From a virus: a DNA stretch of 64,000 bases. Location: positions 1 through 64,000 of the IMG/VR virus record IMGVR_UViG_3300025770_000012; one strand, 5' to 3'. This document shows positions 7,984-16,834 of the stretch, one piece after another. The stretch's first letter is position 1. Each line of letters opens with the position of its first letter. The notes under the pieces were generated by a model. That model was given only the letters and a program-made list of their open reading frames with translations, was not told where the DNA came from and ran no database searches. Both the position numbers and the translations under genes were made by a program.

Positions 7984-9134
7984 CCACACATAGAACTAAA
8001 GATGAAGAACAACGGAAAGCCCTCAATAACTGGGCTCTCCAAGGCTTCATCGGCAGTATTATCGCGGGTACAGGATTCGGTAAATCAAGATGTGGTGTTG
8101 TAGCTGTTAGCTACGTGCTCAACAAGCTGAAAGGCTCTAGGGCACTAATTTTAGTACCTACGACACAACTTCAAGATCAATTTGCTGAGGAATTTCACAA
8201 ATGGGGGCATAGCGATTGCTTAGACCGTGTTGATATTCTTTGTTATCAAAGTGCATATAAACTTCAAAAACAACATTACGATATAGTAATATGCGATGAA
8301 GTGCACTTAGGATTAAGCAAAGAGTACCGCAAGTTCTTCATAAATAACAAGTATGAAAAACTCTTATGTATGACTGCTACTCCACCAGAGGAGGAGGAAT
8401 ACAAGCATCTGCTCTATCGTATTGCACCAATCGCTTACCATATTACATTAGACGAATGTGTTGAGCTAGGATTGGTGTCTCCGTATGAGATACACTGTAT
8501 ACCGATACAATTAACAGTTAAAGAACGAAGACGTTACCAAGAGATCAACAAAAAGTTTGTTGAGCACAAGGTAGCTTTAGATCCGGACGCTTTTAATTTT
8601 GCAAAGATTGCCTTATCAAGCTCCAATGTCTCTTCAGCAATGAAGGCACATGCCATTGGATTTTATGACACTATTCGTCAAAGAAAAGAAGTCATAGATT
8701 CAGCAGAAGGTAAGGTAAAGAAGTTTCAAGAAATAGTATTAAGCAGCAAAGACAAGAGAATCATATCTTTTGGTGGAATAAACAAGTTTACAGACAGACT
8801 AGCAGAGAGTGTTACGCCCTTAGCAGAGATCTATCATAGTAAACGCACCACTCAACAAAAGAAAGAAGCTCTACGCCGCTTTAAAGAAGGGGAGATCAAT
8901 GTACTGTGTTCAACTAAAGCGTTGAATCAGGGGTTTGATATTCCTAACGCTAATCTTGGGATTATCTGTGGGCTAACCTCCAAATCACTTTCTATGATAC
9001 AACGTGTAGGAAGACTAATACGATTTGAAGAGGGGAAAGTAGGCAAAATCTATGTTTTATACGTAGAAGACAGCCAAGAAGAGAAATGGTTAAAGAATTC
9101 AGTATACAATCTGAAGAATATAACCTGGCATTAA
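7968..9134 (+). CDS. Superfamily 2 (DExH) helicase
   Basis: GTGFGKS, LVPT, DEVH, MTAT, QGFDIP, QRVGRLIR. Confidence 0.93.
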   Translation: MESNVTTHRTKDEEQRKALNNWALQGFIGSIIAGTGFGKSRCGVVAVSYVLNKLKGSRALILVPTTQLQDQFAEEFHKWGHSDCLDRVDILCYQSAYKLQKQHYDIVICDEVHLGLSKEYRKFFINNKYEKLLCMTATPPEEEEYKHLLYRIAPIAYHITLDECVELGLVSPYEIHCIPIQLTVKERRRYQEINKKFVEHKVALDPDAFNFAKIALSSSNVSSAMKAHAIGFYDTIRQRKEVIDSAEGKVKKFQEIVLSSKDKRIISFGGINKFTDRLAESVTPLAEIYHSKRTTQQKKEALRRFKEGEINVLCSTKALNQGFDIPNANLGIICGLTSKSLSMIQRVGRLIRFEEGKVGKIYVLYVEDSQEEKWLKNSVYNLKNITWH

Positions 9135-9146
9135 ACTTATGAAAAA

Positions 9147-9178
9147 CTTTTTTATTATGTATATTTTTATTATATTTG
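9147..9178 (+). promoter_or_regulatory. Putative Bacteroidota sigma promoter for the replication genes
   Basis: TATATTTG at 9171-9178 in an intergenic gap; the -33 element is weak (T run). Confidence 0.6.
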
Positions 9179-9218
9179 ACACGATGTTCTGTTCGTTCAT
9201 AAAGAAACCTTTTATATT

Positions 9219-9770
9219 ATGACTATAGAAATAGATTTTGAAATCTTAAAAGACACTCAAATGAGTGCAGATGACTATCTCTATCTTTATATAGTATATA
9301 GAAAAGGGTTTAATTATTTAAGCAGCCTCAATTTAAAACCCAATTTAGAGCAACTGCAACGCAGTGGTTTCATTAAACTCGGCGAATCGCCTGATCAGCA
9401 TGAGATACAGCAAGCTTTTATAGACTTGTTTACCTCGGATTTTGATCAGATGTTCGCTGAGTTAGTGGGGCTCTATCCGGTTAAAGTTGAAACATCCACA
9501 GGTATTCGAGTGTTACACGCTATCGATCCAGAGGCTAAATCTAATAGAAGAACTAAAACGTTATACAGTAAGGTAGTTAATCAGAAGAAAGCCACACATA
9601 ATCATATTATGACGTGCCTTAAGAAGCAGCTACTTGTCCAAAAAGACAATTTAGGGTATTTACAGAATTTAACCACATGGGTTTCCCAACATACTTGGGA
9701 ACAATACGAAAATTTAAGCGAAGATGACACAAGAGCCACCACCAGACCAAGAATCACAAGATCTTTATAA
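9219..9770 (+). CDS. Hypothetical replication protein (possible initiator or helicase loader)
   Basis: Directly upstream of and overlapping the DnaB-like gene; FAELVGLYP and YLQNLTTWVSQHTWE resemble phage replication-organiser C-termini (inference). Confidence 0.6.
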   Translation: MTIEIDFEILKDTQMSADDYLYLYIVYRKGFNYLSSLNLKPNLEQLQRSGFIKLGESPDQHEIQQAFIDLFTSDFDQMFAELVGLYPVKVETSTGIRVLHAIDPEAKSNRRTKTLYSKVVNQKKATHNHIMTCLKKQLLVQKDNLGYLQNLTTWVSQHTWEQYENLSEDDTRATTRPRITRSL

Positions 9771-10674
9771 AAAAAGAGGTTTTCATAGCATAGAACAATC
9801 AGTCGATACCTCCTTAACAGAGGTAAGGACAGGTATGCTAGGGAAACGCCGTCTCTTACCAACAAAATGGGACAAACTGAATAGAAATTTATTAGGGGGA
9901 CTACAGCCTGGAAAAATGTATGTAATAGCAGGAAGACCCGGAGTGGGTAAGTCTGCATTCTCTAATCAATTGATATTTGATGTTTTAGATAGAAACGTAG
10001 ACAAAAAGCTTATAGTATTATACTGGAGCTTTGAGATGCCTGGGCATCAGCAAATTCTACGAGCTGGATCTAAAGATGTAAAGAAAGAGGTTATTGATCT
10101 TCTATCGGTAGAAAAGAAACTATCTAAAGAAGACTACGATCGTTATGAAGAGAAGGTAGCTGCCTACAGGCATTATCCTATCTATTTTAATAATATTCCT
10201 AGGACCATCAAATACATCAAAGAAACTAACGTTGAGGTATTTAAAGAAACTCCTGGAGCATTAATTATTAATCTATTTGACCACTCAAGGCTTATTATAG
10301 GCCAAGCGGACTCAGAACTACAAAGATTAAATGAACTCTCTAAAGGTTGCATGTGGATGCAAGCTAAAATGGGAGTTATTACTGTATTACTATCACAGTT
10401 AAATAGAAACATAGAACGTGAGCATAGAGCTAAACAGCAATATCAGCCCATGCTTACTGATTTATTTGGAGGAGATAGTATAGGACAAGACGCACACGTA
10501 GTTATGATGCTACAGAGGCCCTTTGATTTGTATGGAATAACAGAGTTATACTGTAATGAAGATCCAGTAGGATTACTTGCAGTACATATTGAAAAAAACC
10601 GTGACGGCCTGCTTGGGATGATACCATTCGAAGCAGACATGAGCACATTTACAATTACCGAAAGAACTAAATAA
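9724..10674 (+). CDS. dnaB: DnaB-like replicative helicase (C-terminal ATPase domain only)
   Basis: AGRPGVGKS, SFEM, LSQLNR, IGQDAHVV, EKNRDG. Confidence 0.92.
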   Translation: MTQEPPPDQESQDLYKKRGFHSIEQSVDTSLTEVRTGMLGKRRLLPTKWDKLNRNLLGGLQPGKMYVIAGRPGVGKSAFSNQLIFDVLDRNVDKKLIVLYWSFEMPGHQQILRAGSKDVKKEVIDLLSVEKKLSKEDYDRYEEKVAAYRHYPIYFNNIPRTIKYIKETNVEVFKETPGALIINLFDHSRLIIGQADSELQRLNELSKGCMWMQAKMGVITVLLSQLNRNIEREHRAKQQYQPMLTDLFGGDSIGQDAHVVMMLQRPFDLYGITELYCNEDPVGLLAVHIEKNRDGLLGMIPFEADMSTFTITERTK

Positions 10675-10886
10675 TGATTTTATTAAACATCAGCCTCTGT
10701 GCCCTGGGCTTTCTATTAGGGTTCGTATTAGGGTTCATTTTTAGTACCTATAAATCTGCTCAATTTGCAGCTTTTCAGCAAGATACTATTGAAGAACTAT
10801 CTATTGATAAAAAGGATCTTCAGAGCTTAATAGCTAAAAAAAGAATTAAAAAACCAACTAGGAAAGCAAAAAAAAAGGAAAAATGA
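10674..10886 (+). CDS. Small single-TM protein with basic tail
   Basis: N-terminal hydrophobic helix, Lys-rich C-terminus, TAATG coupling with the upstream gene. Confidence 0.65.
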   Translation: MILLNISLCALGFLLGFVLGFIFSTYKSAQFAAFQQDTIEELSIDKKDLQSLIAKKRIKKPTRKAKKKEK

Positions 10887-10983
10887 ACCAATTAAATAAA
10901 GTAATAGGCTCATGATACTATCAAGTGAACATAACCAATAGTGAATGAACTCACTTAATAGCATAACTAAAAGTGAAAACAAA

Positions 10984-11097
10984 ATGGAAGACGAACTAAC
11001 AAGTGACTGCTGCGGAGCTTTCACCACCCACCCCGAAATGGGTATATGCCCTGACTGTTTAGAGCATTGTGAATTTACATCTACAGAAGATGAATAA
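10984..11097 (+). CDS. Small zinc-ribbon-like protein (37 aa), missed by the ORF track
   Basis: MEDELTSDCCGAFTTHPEMGICPDCLEHCEFTSTEDE; an in-frame upstream ATG at 10945 is also possible. Confidence 0.7.
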   Translation: MEDELTSDCCGAFTTHPEMGICPDCLEHCEFTSTEDE

Positions 11098-11178
11098 CGA
11101 CTGTCAGCATCGTGCTGATAGGTAAAACATAATTAAATATAACGTAACGGTCTGTGTTTAAAACTATGTGATACCAAG

Positions 11179-11256
11179 AAAGGAGTCCGCAAGTAAAATC
11201 AAATAAATGGTGAAGACCTTGCTTAGTTGATTAGCTGACTTAGCGGGCTCCTTTTT
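11179..11256 (+). terminator. Extended imperfect hairpin ending in a T run
   Basis: aaggagtccgc/gcgggctcctt, aagt/actt, aatcaa/ttgatt, ggt-gaag-acc. Confidence 0.55.
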
Positions 11257-11281
11257 AGTATTAATTTAAAACTATATAAAA

Positions 11282-11443
11282 ATGAAAAGACTTATAGGAG
11301 TTAAAGAACTTAGAGCTCTACTAGAGTCTGAAAACACTATCTATGAAACCATGGATACTCTTAATAACATGGCTAGAAAATATGCTAGAGACACCACAAT
11401 AGAAGTGATGACTAGAGAATTTAAAGATGGCCGCAAAAAATAA
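11282..11443 (+). CDS. Hypothetical protein (53 aa), missed by the ORF track
   Basis: MKRLIGVKELRALLESENTIYETMDTLNNMARKYARDTTIEVMTREFKDGRKK with an A-rich initiation region. Confidence 0.6.
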   Translation: MKRLIGVKELRALLESENTIYETMDTLNNMARKYARDTTIEVMTREFKDGRKK

Positions 11444-11449
11444 AATAAC

Positions 11450-11524
11450 ATGACATTAATAATCATAGGAATGGCTGCGTGCATTTTCGCACTTTACTTT
11501 ACTTATAGAAACAGAGAAGACTAA
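11450..11524 (+). CDS. Putative 24-aa single-TM peptide
   Basis: MTLIIIGMAACIFALYFTYRNRED; fills the gap between two genes. Confidence 0.45.
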   Translation: MTLIIIGMAACIFALYFTYRNRED

Positions 11525-11541
11525 CTTAAACTGATAATACA

Positions 11542-11979
11542 ATGATAGAAACAAAACCTTTAAGTGCACGTTTACAAAAAATAGTAGACGATGTATTTCC
11601 CATGCTTGAACAAATAACTGGAGTAGATCAGGAATTAGCATGCAAAAATGACAGACGGCGTTTTGTGGTAGATTCCCGTAAAATTTTAGTAAACATATTA
11701 CGTAAACAAGCAAATTTAACGTGTATGCAAATAGCTAGAATTATAAGTAAAGACCACACTACAATAGTCCATTACGAGAAGATGCATAAAATACATATGA
11801 TAGAACCTGAATACAGACGTATGTATTCTGCTGTAGCTGGTATGTACGCAATAAATGATACTATAAGAACTCATGAAAGTCTTAAAAACCAGTTTGATAC
11901 TCTACAGTATCAGACTAAAAATCTTTTAAATTCTCTTGAGAAACAATGTGATTTAATGGCCCAAATAGCTGAACTATGA
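11542..11979 (+). CDS. DnaA C-terminal (domain IV)-like HTH protein
   Basis: RRRFVVDSRKILVNILR...LTCMQIARIISKDHTTIVHY resembles the DnaA R...RQ...IG..F..RDHTTV signature; C-terminal coiled coil. Confidence 0.8.
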   Translation: MIETKPLSARLQKIVDDVFPMLEQITGVDQELACKNDRRRFVVDSRKILVNILRKQANLTCMQIARIISKDHTTIVHYEKMHKIHMIEPEYRRMYSAVAGMYAINDTIRTHESLKNQFDTLQYQTKNLLNSLEKQCDLMAQIAEL

Positions 11980-12227
11980 CAAAAGCACGTATAATAGAAT
12001 TTGACTCCGAGCATGGAAGCTTGTACATAGAAGTTAAATATGAATATGACCCAGGATTTAGAGGGTCACAAGATGAACCTCCTGAAGTAGACCAAATTTC
12101 TATACTCGATGTAAAGATTATGTCTAAAGGAGAAGAATATGTTAACTTTATTACAACCTTAAAAGATGACATTCAAGAATACGAACGTGAAGGTGGGGGT
12201 AGATATAACCCTGCAGATGATCGTTAA
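11976..12227 (+). CDS. Hypothetical protein
   Basis: 83-aa acidic ORF with ATGA overlap; YEYDPG...DEPPE motif. Confidence 0.7.
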   Translation: MTKARIIEFDSEHGSLYIEVKYEYDPGFRGSQDEPPEVDQISILDVKIMSKGEEYVNFITTLKDDIQEYEREGGGRYNPADDR

Positions 12228-12291
12228 CCGAAGTGCACAGATACACTGTGTGCTATAATTATTAACCTGGTGGTTCAGGGATTATAATTTG

Positions 12292-12325
12292 GCGAGGGGG
12301 AGTACAATGGTAGTCCCCCTTTTGC
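12292..12325 (+). terminator. Probable intrinsic terminator
   Basis: aggggga...tccccct followed by ttt. Confidence 0.55.
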
Positions 12326-12354
12326 ACTAATAAAAATTTAAATAAAAAACATAA

Positions 12355-13065
12355 ATGGATACCTATATTGAATTACCAAACCAAAAGATAAAGGCCAGCC
12401 GGAAATCACCTAAACATATGATTGTGTATGGTGCACCTAAGGTTGGTAAAACTACTGCACTAGCTCAGCTAGACGACTGTCTAATAATTGATTTAGAAGA
12501 CGGATCAGATATGCTAGATGCTTTAAAAATAAAAGCACATAGTTTACAAGATCTAGCTAAGATCGGAAAAGCAATCATGCTCGACGGCAGACCATATAAA
12601 TATGTAGCCATCGATACAGTCTCTAAATTAGAAGAGTGGTGTGAAGATGAGGCTAAGAAGATTTATATGAAAACTCCTATGGGTAAAAACTTTGAAGAGA
12701 AAAATCCTGGAATGTCAATACTTTCATTACCTAATGGTGGAGGGTACTTATACTTGCGTATGGCATATAAGAAATGGATCGATAGATTAGGAATGCTAGC
12801 AGATCATGTCATTCTTGTAGGGCACTTAAAAGATAAGATGCTTGAAAAGAAAGGCAAAGAAGTAGCAGTTAAAGACTTAGATCTTACAGGAAAGATTAAA
12901 CAAATTACGTGTGCCAATTCGGACGCAGTTGGGTATATCTATAGAGAGAATGATGAAACAATGATTTCTTTTGATTCTTTAGGTGATATTACAGCCGGAT
13001 CTAGATGTGACCACTTAAAAGGTAAGACCATGCCTCTAGATTGGTCAAAAATATTCATAGACTAA
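12355..13065 (+). CDS. Sak4/AAA_24-like phage ATPase (recombination or ssDNA annealing)
   Basis: YGAPKVGKTT, IIDLEDG, AIDT, GGGYLYLR, LVGH, SDAVGY. Confidence 0.85.
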   Translation: MDTYIELPNQKIKASRKSPKHMIVYGAPKVGKTTALAQLDDCLIIDLEDGSDMLDALKIKAHSLQDLAKIGKAIMLDGRPYKYVAIDTVSKLEEWCEDEAKKIYMKTPMGKNFEEKNPGMSILSLPNGGGYLYLRMAYKKWIDRLGMLADHVILVGHLKDKMLEKKGKEVAVKDLDLTGKIKQITCANSDAVGYIYRENDETMISFDSLGDITAGSRCDHLKGKTMPLDWSKIFID

Positions 13066-13077
13066 ATAACAATAAAC

Positions 13078-13458
13078 ATGTCTAAACAAACAATTACAAT
13101 CTCCATGATATTGGAGGACCTATCTAATGGAATAGATAGAAAAGGAATACAGGATAAGTATGGCCTTAAACTATGGGAAGTGACAACTATGTTCGACCAC
13201 CCACAACTTAAGGGCAAACGTCCTAGTAAGAAAAAGGAACTGTCTTTCGATTTTATCGATGATATTTCCGTACCTTCACTTTCCGTTTCTGAAGAAGTAG
13301 TAGATCCTGCACAGATTACTTTAGATGAAGGGATTGAAGAAATAACTGCAACTCAAGACAGTACATCCGAATACGCTAATGAAGAGGAAGAGGAAGTCGA
13401 AGACACCCCTCTTTACGAAGAGCTAATAGAAGATGATCTTGATACATTTGAACTATAA
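13078..13458 (+). CDS. Small protein with HTH-like N-terminus and highly acidic C-terminus
   Basis: DLSNGIDRKGIQDKYGL followed by a D/E-rich tail. Confidence 0.75.
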   Translation: MSKQTITISMILEDLSNGIDRKGIQDKYGLKLWEVTTMFDHPQLKGKRPSKKKELSFDFIDDISVPSLSVSEEVVDPAQITLDEGIEEITATQDSTSEYANEEEEEVEDTPLYEELIEDDLDTFEL

Positions 13459-13483
13459 TATTAATTAATTAAAAACTATAAAC

Positions 13484-14260
13484 ATGGCTATTAAAAGCAA
13501 CGCAAGTACAGAAGAAGTGATGGGCTCTGGCATTAAATTGTATTCAGGCATCACAAACATGGCAATCATTGCCGTAAACCCAACTATGGCAGATTTACAT
13601 GCCTTAGACATTAACGTTAAATCTGAGCAGAACTATGACGTAACCATAGCTGACGCTTCTTATCAGAAGATAGCATTCTGGTTGAGGAACAGTCAAGCTA
13701 CAGTTCGTTTAGAAATTCTTATGCAAAGTGAGAAGAGAACATCTAAGACAGGTAAATTCCAATGGATTAATAACATTGGACAGGCTACTTGGTCGGATGA
13801 TGCTCCAGCATATGAATGGTGGAAGTCTGAAGGACAGCGTCATGCATATGTGGGAGAGGAGACTTTAGTTAGTTTTGTTAAAGCATGGGCTAACGTAGCG
13901 TCAGGTGATGAGGTTTCATTTGAGACCATTGACAAGATTGTAAAAGGGGATACTAAAGAACTTAAAGATTTAGTTAATCTTCTAAATTCTAACTCAATTA
14001 GAGTACTAGTAGGAGTTAGAGATGGTAAATATCAATCAGTATATACTAAGCACTTTGGAAGAATTAAGCCACAGCGTGACGATCTATTTATTAAGTCTCT
14101 TAATGATGACTATGGAACATTCAATGCAGATTTTAATGCAGATCTAGCTTGGGGAGACCATATACCAACAATTGATCTAATTTCACCTGATGCAGTATCA
14201 GAAGATGAAGATTGGGCCATGCCTGTAACAGCGAAGGCTGCTACTGTAGCGCCCTTCTAA
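13484..14260 (+). CDS. Putative single-stranded DNA-binding protein (crAss-like)
   Basis: Located between Sak4-like and primase genes; aromatic beta-rich core; acidic tail ending in -APF. Confidence 0.65.
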   Translation: MAIKSNASTEEVMGSGIKLYSGITNMAIIAVNPTMADLHALDINVKSEQNYDVTIADASYQKIAFWLRNSQATVRLEILMQSEKRTSKTGKFQWINNIGQATWSDDAPAYEWWKSEGQRHAYVGEETLVSFVKAWANVASGDEVSFETIDKIVKGDTKELKDLVNLLNSNSIRVLVGVRDGKYQSVYTKHFGRIKPQRDDLFIKSLNDDYGTFNADFNADLAWGDHIPTIDLISPDAVSEDEDWAMPVTAKAATVAPF

Positions 14261-15264
14261 TGATCAAAGCTAGAAGTAGCGATGATTACTTACACACGGA
14301 TGTCATACTCAGTAAAATCACTGAGTATGACGTCTTTGTGTATTACTGCCCTAGCTTTAAGGAACTAAATAAGAAATTTTGTAGTGAATTACGCAAAGAT
14401 AGAAGCCCTACCGCATCAGTTATCTTATGGAATAAGAAGCTGTTGTATAAGGATTTCGGACATGCTGAACATTCGTTCAATTGTTTTGAGTACATACAAT
14501 GTAAGTACGGTTGCACCTTCATGGAGTCACTCCAAAGAATAGACTGCGACTTTAATCTTGGATTGAATGCATTTAAACAAGAGCACCTATTCAGCATGGG
14601 TCAACAAGGTAGTTCTGGAAAACAGCCGGATTTAAAGACTGCTAGCACGTTTATTAGAAAGAAAAAGAGATCTTGGAGTTCCGATGATAGAAACTTTTGG
14701 GCTAAGTACTTCATTAGTAAGGAAATATTACTTATATTTGAAGTAGAACCTATAAGTTATTATTGGGTGAACGAAAACAGATTCAGTTGTAAAACAGTTA
14801 CTTACGCCTATAAATTCGGGCCTCGGTATAAAATTTATGCTCCTTACGAAAGCGAGTATAAGTGGAGTAGTAACGTAAAATCTACTGATATTCAAGGACT
14901 AAAGCAACTACCTAAGACAGGTAAGTGTTTAATTCTTACCTCTTCTCTAAAAGATATAATGTGTTTAAAAGCCGCGGGATTCAATGCCATAGCTCTTCAG
15001 AGCGAGATGCAGATGCCCGATACAAGTTTAATACAAAACCTTTATACCAGATTTGAAGAGATCATTGTCTTCTATGATAACGATTACGACAATGAAAACA
15101 ATCCTGGCCAGACAATGGCCAAGAAAGTCTGTGAAGAGTTCAACTTAAGTAATGTGTATATACCGGATAAATACGAATCGAAAGATCCGTCAGATTTGGT
15201 ACAAAATGTAGGTTCGCTTAACATTTTAAAACACCTTATAAATGAACAAAGAAGATGTACTTAA
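14260..15264 (+). CDS. DNA primase (TOPRIM, crAss-like)
   Basis: Likely start MIKARSS at 14260 (TAATG overlap); FCSELRKDRSPT, YKDFG, LTSSLKDIMCL, FYDND, KDPSD. Confidence 0.88.
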   Translation: MIKARSSDDYLHTDVILSKITEYDVFVYYCPSFKELNKKFCSELRKDRSPTASVILWNKKLLYKDFGHAEHSFNCFEYIQCKYGCTFMESLQRIDCDFNLGLNAFKQEHLFSMGQQGSSGKQPDLKTASTFIRKKKRSWSSDDRNFWAKYFISKEILLIFEVEPISYYWVNENRFSCKTVTYAYKFGPRYKIYAPYESEYKWSSNVKSTDIQGLKQLPKTGKCLILTSSLKDIMCLKAAGFNAIALQSEMQMPDTSLIQNLYTRFEEIIVFYDNDYDNENNPGQTMAKKVCEEFNLSNVYIPDKYESKDPSDLVQNVGSLNILKHLINEQRRCT

Positions 15265-16402
15265 ATATTTACGAGAGAAGACTGGGTATGTAAAAAAAGG
15301 CTCCGTATGGTTAGCTGATAAGCTAGGTATTTCGGAAGATCTTGCTGCAGATTGCAAACAGACTGTGTCTTCCGAGCTACGAAAAACAGCAAGAGATTCT
15401 TTTATAGAGTTTACAAATGAAAACGTAAATGAGATTGACGATACTGGGTTTAACAACCACTTAAACAGTATTGGATTGAAATTAGAAGATGTCAAGTCAG
15501 TTAAGTTTTGGCAAACAAGTTCTGGGGAATCCAGATACTCTGTAGTACCTAGAACTCAATGGCATGAGTTAGAGTCTGATAAAGCTGTGTTCTTAGAATC
15601 AGTAAAACAAAAATCCCGTAAGATAGATCGTCATGTATATGAAGTAAAGACAGACCCTTGTTTAGGAGTTCTATCTCTGCCGGACATACACTATGGTAAG
15701 ATTACAGGAGAAGGCATGAACGCTGTAGAAAAAGATTTCTTAAAGGCAGTTGTAAGCCTATGGAATAAAGCAGAAGGTGCTAACATAGAACGTTTACTCA
15801 TGCCTATTGGAAACGACGGTATGAATTCAGAGGGTCTTAGACAGACTACGACGAAAGGCACACCACAAGATGATTACATGGGTTGGAGAGAATCTTTTAG
15901 AGGCTATTGGCATCTAATGGATACTGCTCTAATGTGGTTATCTGAACGTGTACCTGTTGACGTAGTTATTGTCCAAGGTAATCATGATTTTGAACGAATG
16001 TTTTATGTTGGAGAATTGCTAGAAGCTAGATACCACAATAATGCGAATATTAACGTAAACAATTCCTTGGAAGAAAGAAAATATTACCAGTACGGTAAGA
16101 ATATGTTTTTAAACTTCCATGGGGACAAAGTAAAGAAGAATAATATTCCTTTGCTTATGGCTACAGAACAACCAATTATGTGGAGTGAGTGTAAATACAG
16201 AGAGGCTTTCATGGGACACATTCACAAAGAACTTGTGGATGAGATTATGGGGACTAAACTGAGGTTTATACCTAGTATATGTGGAAATGATGAGTGGCAT
16301 AAAGGGAAAGCCTATGTAGGTACCCAGAGAGTAGCTCAGATACACATGTATAATAAAGACAGGGGTTATGAAGGCATGTTCCAAACAAACCCTGCAGAAT
16401 GA
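15242..16402 (+). CDS. Calcineurin-like metallophosphoesterase/nuclease with N-terminal HTH-like region
   Basis: DIHYG, GND, GNHD, FHGD, GHIH motifs. Confidence 0.88.
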   Translation: MNKEDVLKYLREKTGYVKKGSVWLADKLGISEDLAADCKQTVSSELRKTARDSFIEFTNENVNEIDDTGFNNHLNSIGLKLEDVKSVKFWQTSSGESRYSVVPRTQWHELESDKAVFLESVKQKSRKIDRHVYEVKTDPCLGVLSLPDIHYGKITGEGMNAVEKDFLKAVVSLWNKAEGANIERLLMPIGNDGMNSEGLRQTTTKGTPQDDYMGWRESFRGYWHLMDTALMWLSERVPVDVVIVQGNHDFERMFYVGELLEARYHNNANINVNNSLEERKYYQYGKNMFLNFHGDKVKKNNIPLLMATEQPIMWSECKYREAFMGHIHKELVDEIMGTKLRFIPSICGNDEWHKGKAYVGTQRVAQIHMYNKDRGYEGMFQTNPAE

Positions 16403-16833
16403 GTTGGAAAAGAAAAGGAAAACGAAAAGTAAAGAACGTTAAGAAAACAAGTTATGATGGGATCATATTCCAATCTCAGCTTGAGGCGCACATGTATAAA
16501 ATCTTACACAAAAAGAATATAGATGTTGAGTATGAAAAACATGTCTTTACCATCTTTGATGCTTTAGTATACCCACAAGCATGTTATGAGGGAACAAAAA
16601 GGAAGCTGTATAATAAAGGGTCTAAAGTCAGACCTATTACTTATACACCGGATTTTGTAGATCCCCACGGCAAGTGGATAATAGAGACTAAAGGATACGC
16701 GAACGAATCTTTTCCATTAAGGTGGAAATTATTTAAACAGCATTTAAAAAGCAAAGGATTGCCCTATGTTCTTTTCATGCCTAGAAACAAAATACAATGC
16801 GAAGAAGTATTAGACTTAATTAAACAATTATAA
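16399..16833 (+). CDS. PD-(D/E)xK endonuclease (DUF1064 / T7 endonuclease I-like, possible resolvase)
   Basis: YDGIIFQSQLE, YTPDF, IETKG. Confidence 0.85.
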   Translation: MSWKRKGKRKVKNVKKTSYDGIIFQSQLEAHMYKILHKKNIDVEYEKHVFTIFDALVYPQACYEGTKRKLYNKGSKVRPITYTPDFVDPHGKWIIETKGYANESFPLRWKLFKQHLKSKGLPYVLFMPRNKIQCEEVLDLIKQL

Positions 16834-16834
16834 A

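Noticed and set aside
14733-14740. TATATTTG promoter-like octamer inside the primase gene
   Set aside because: Within coding sequence, with no convincing -33 TTTG at the right spacing; expected by chance in AT-rich DNA.
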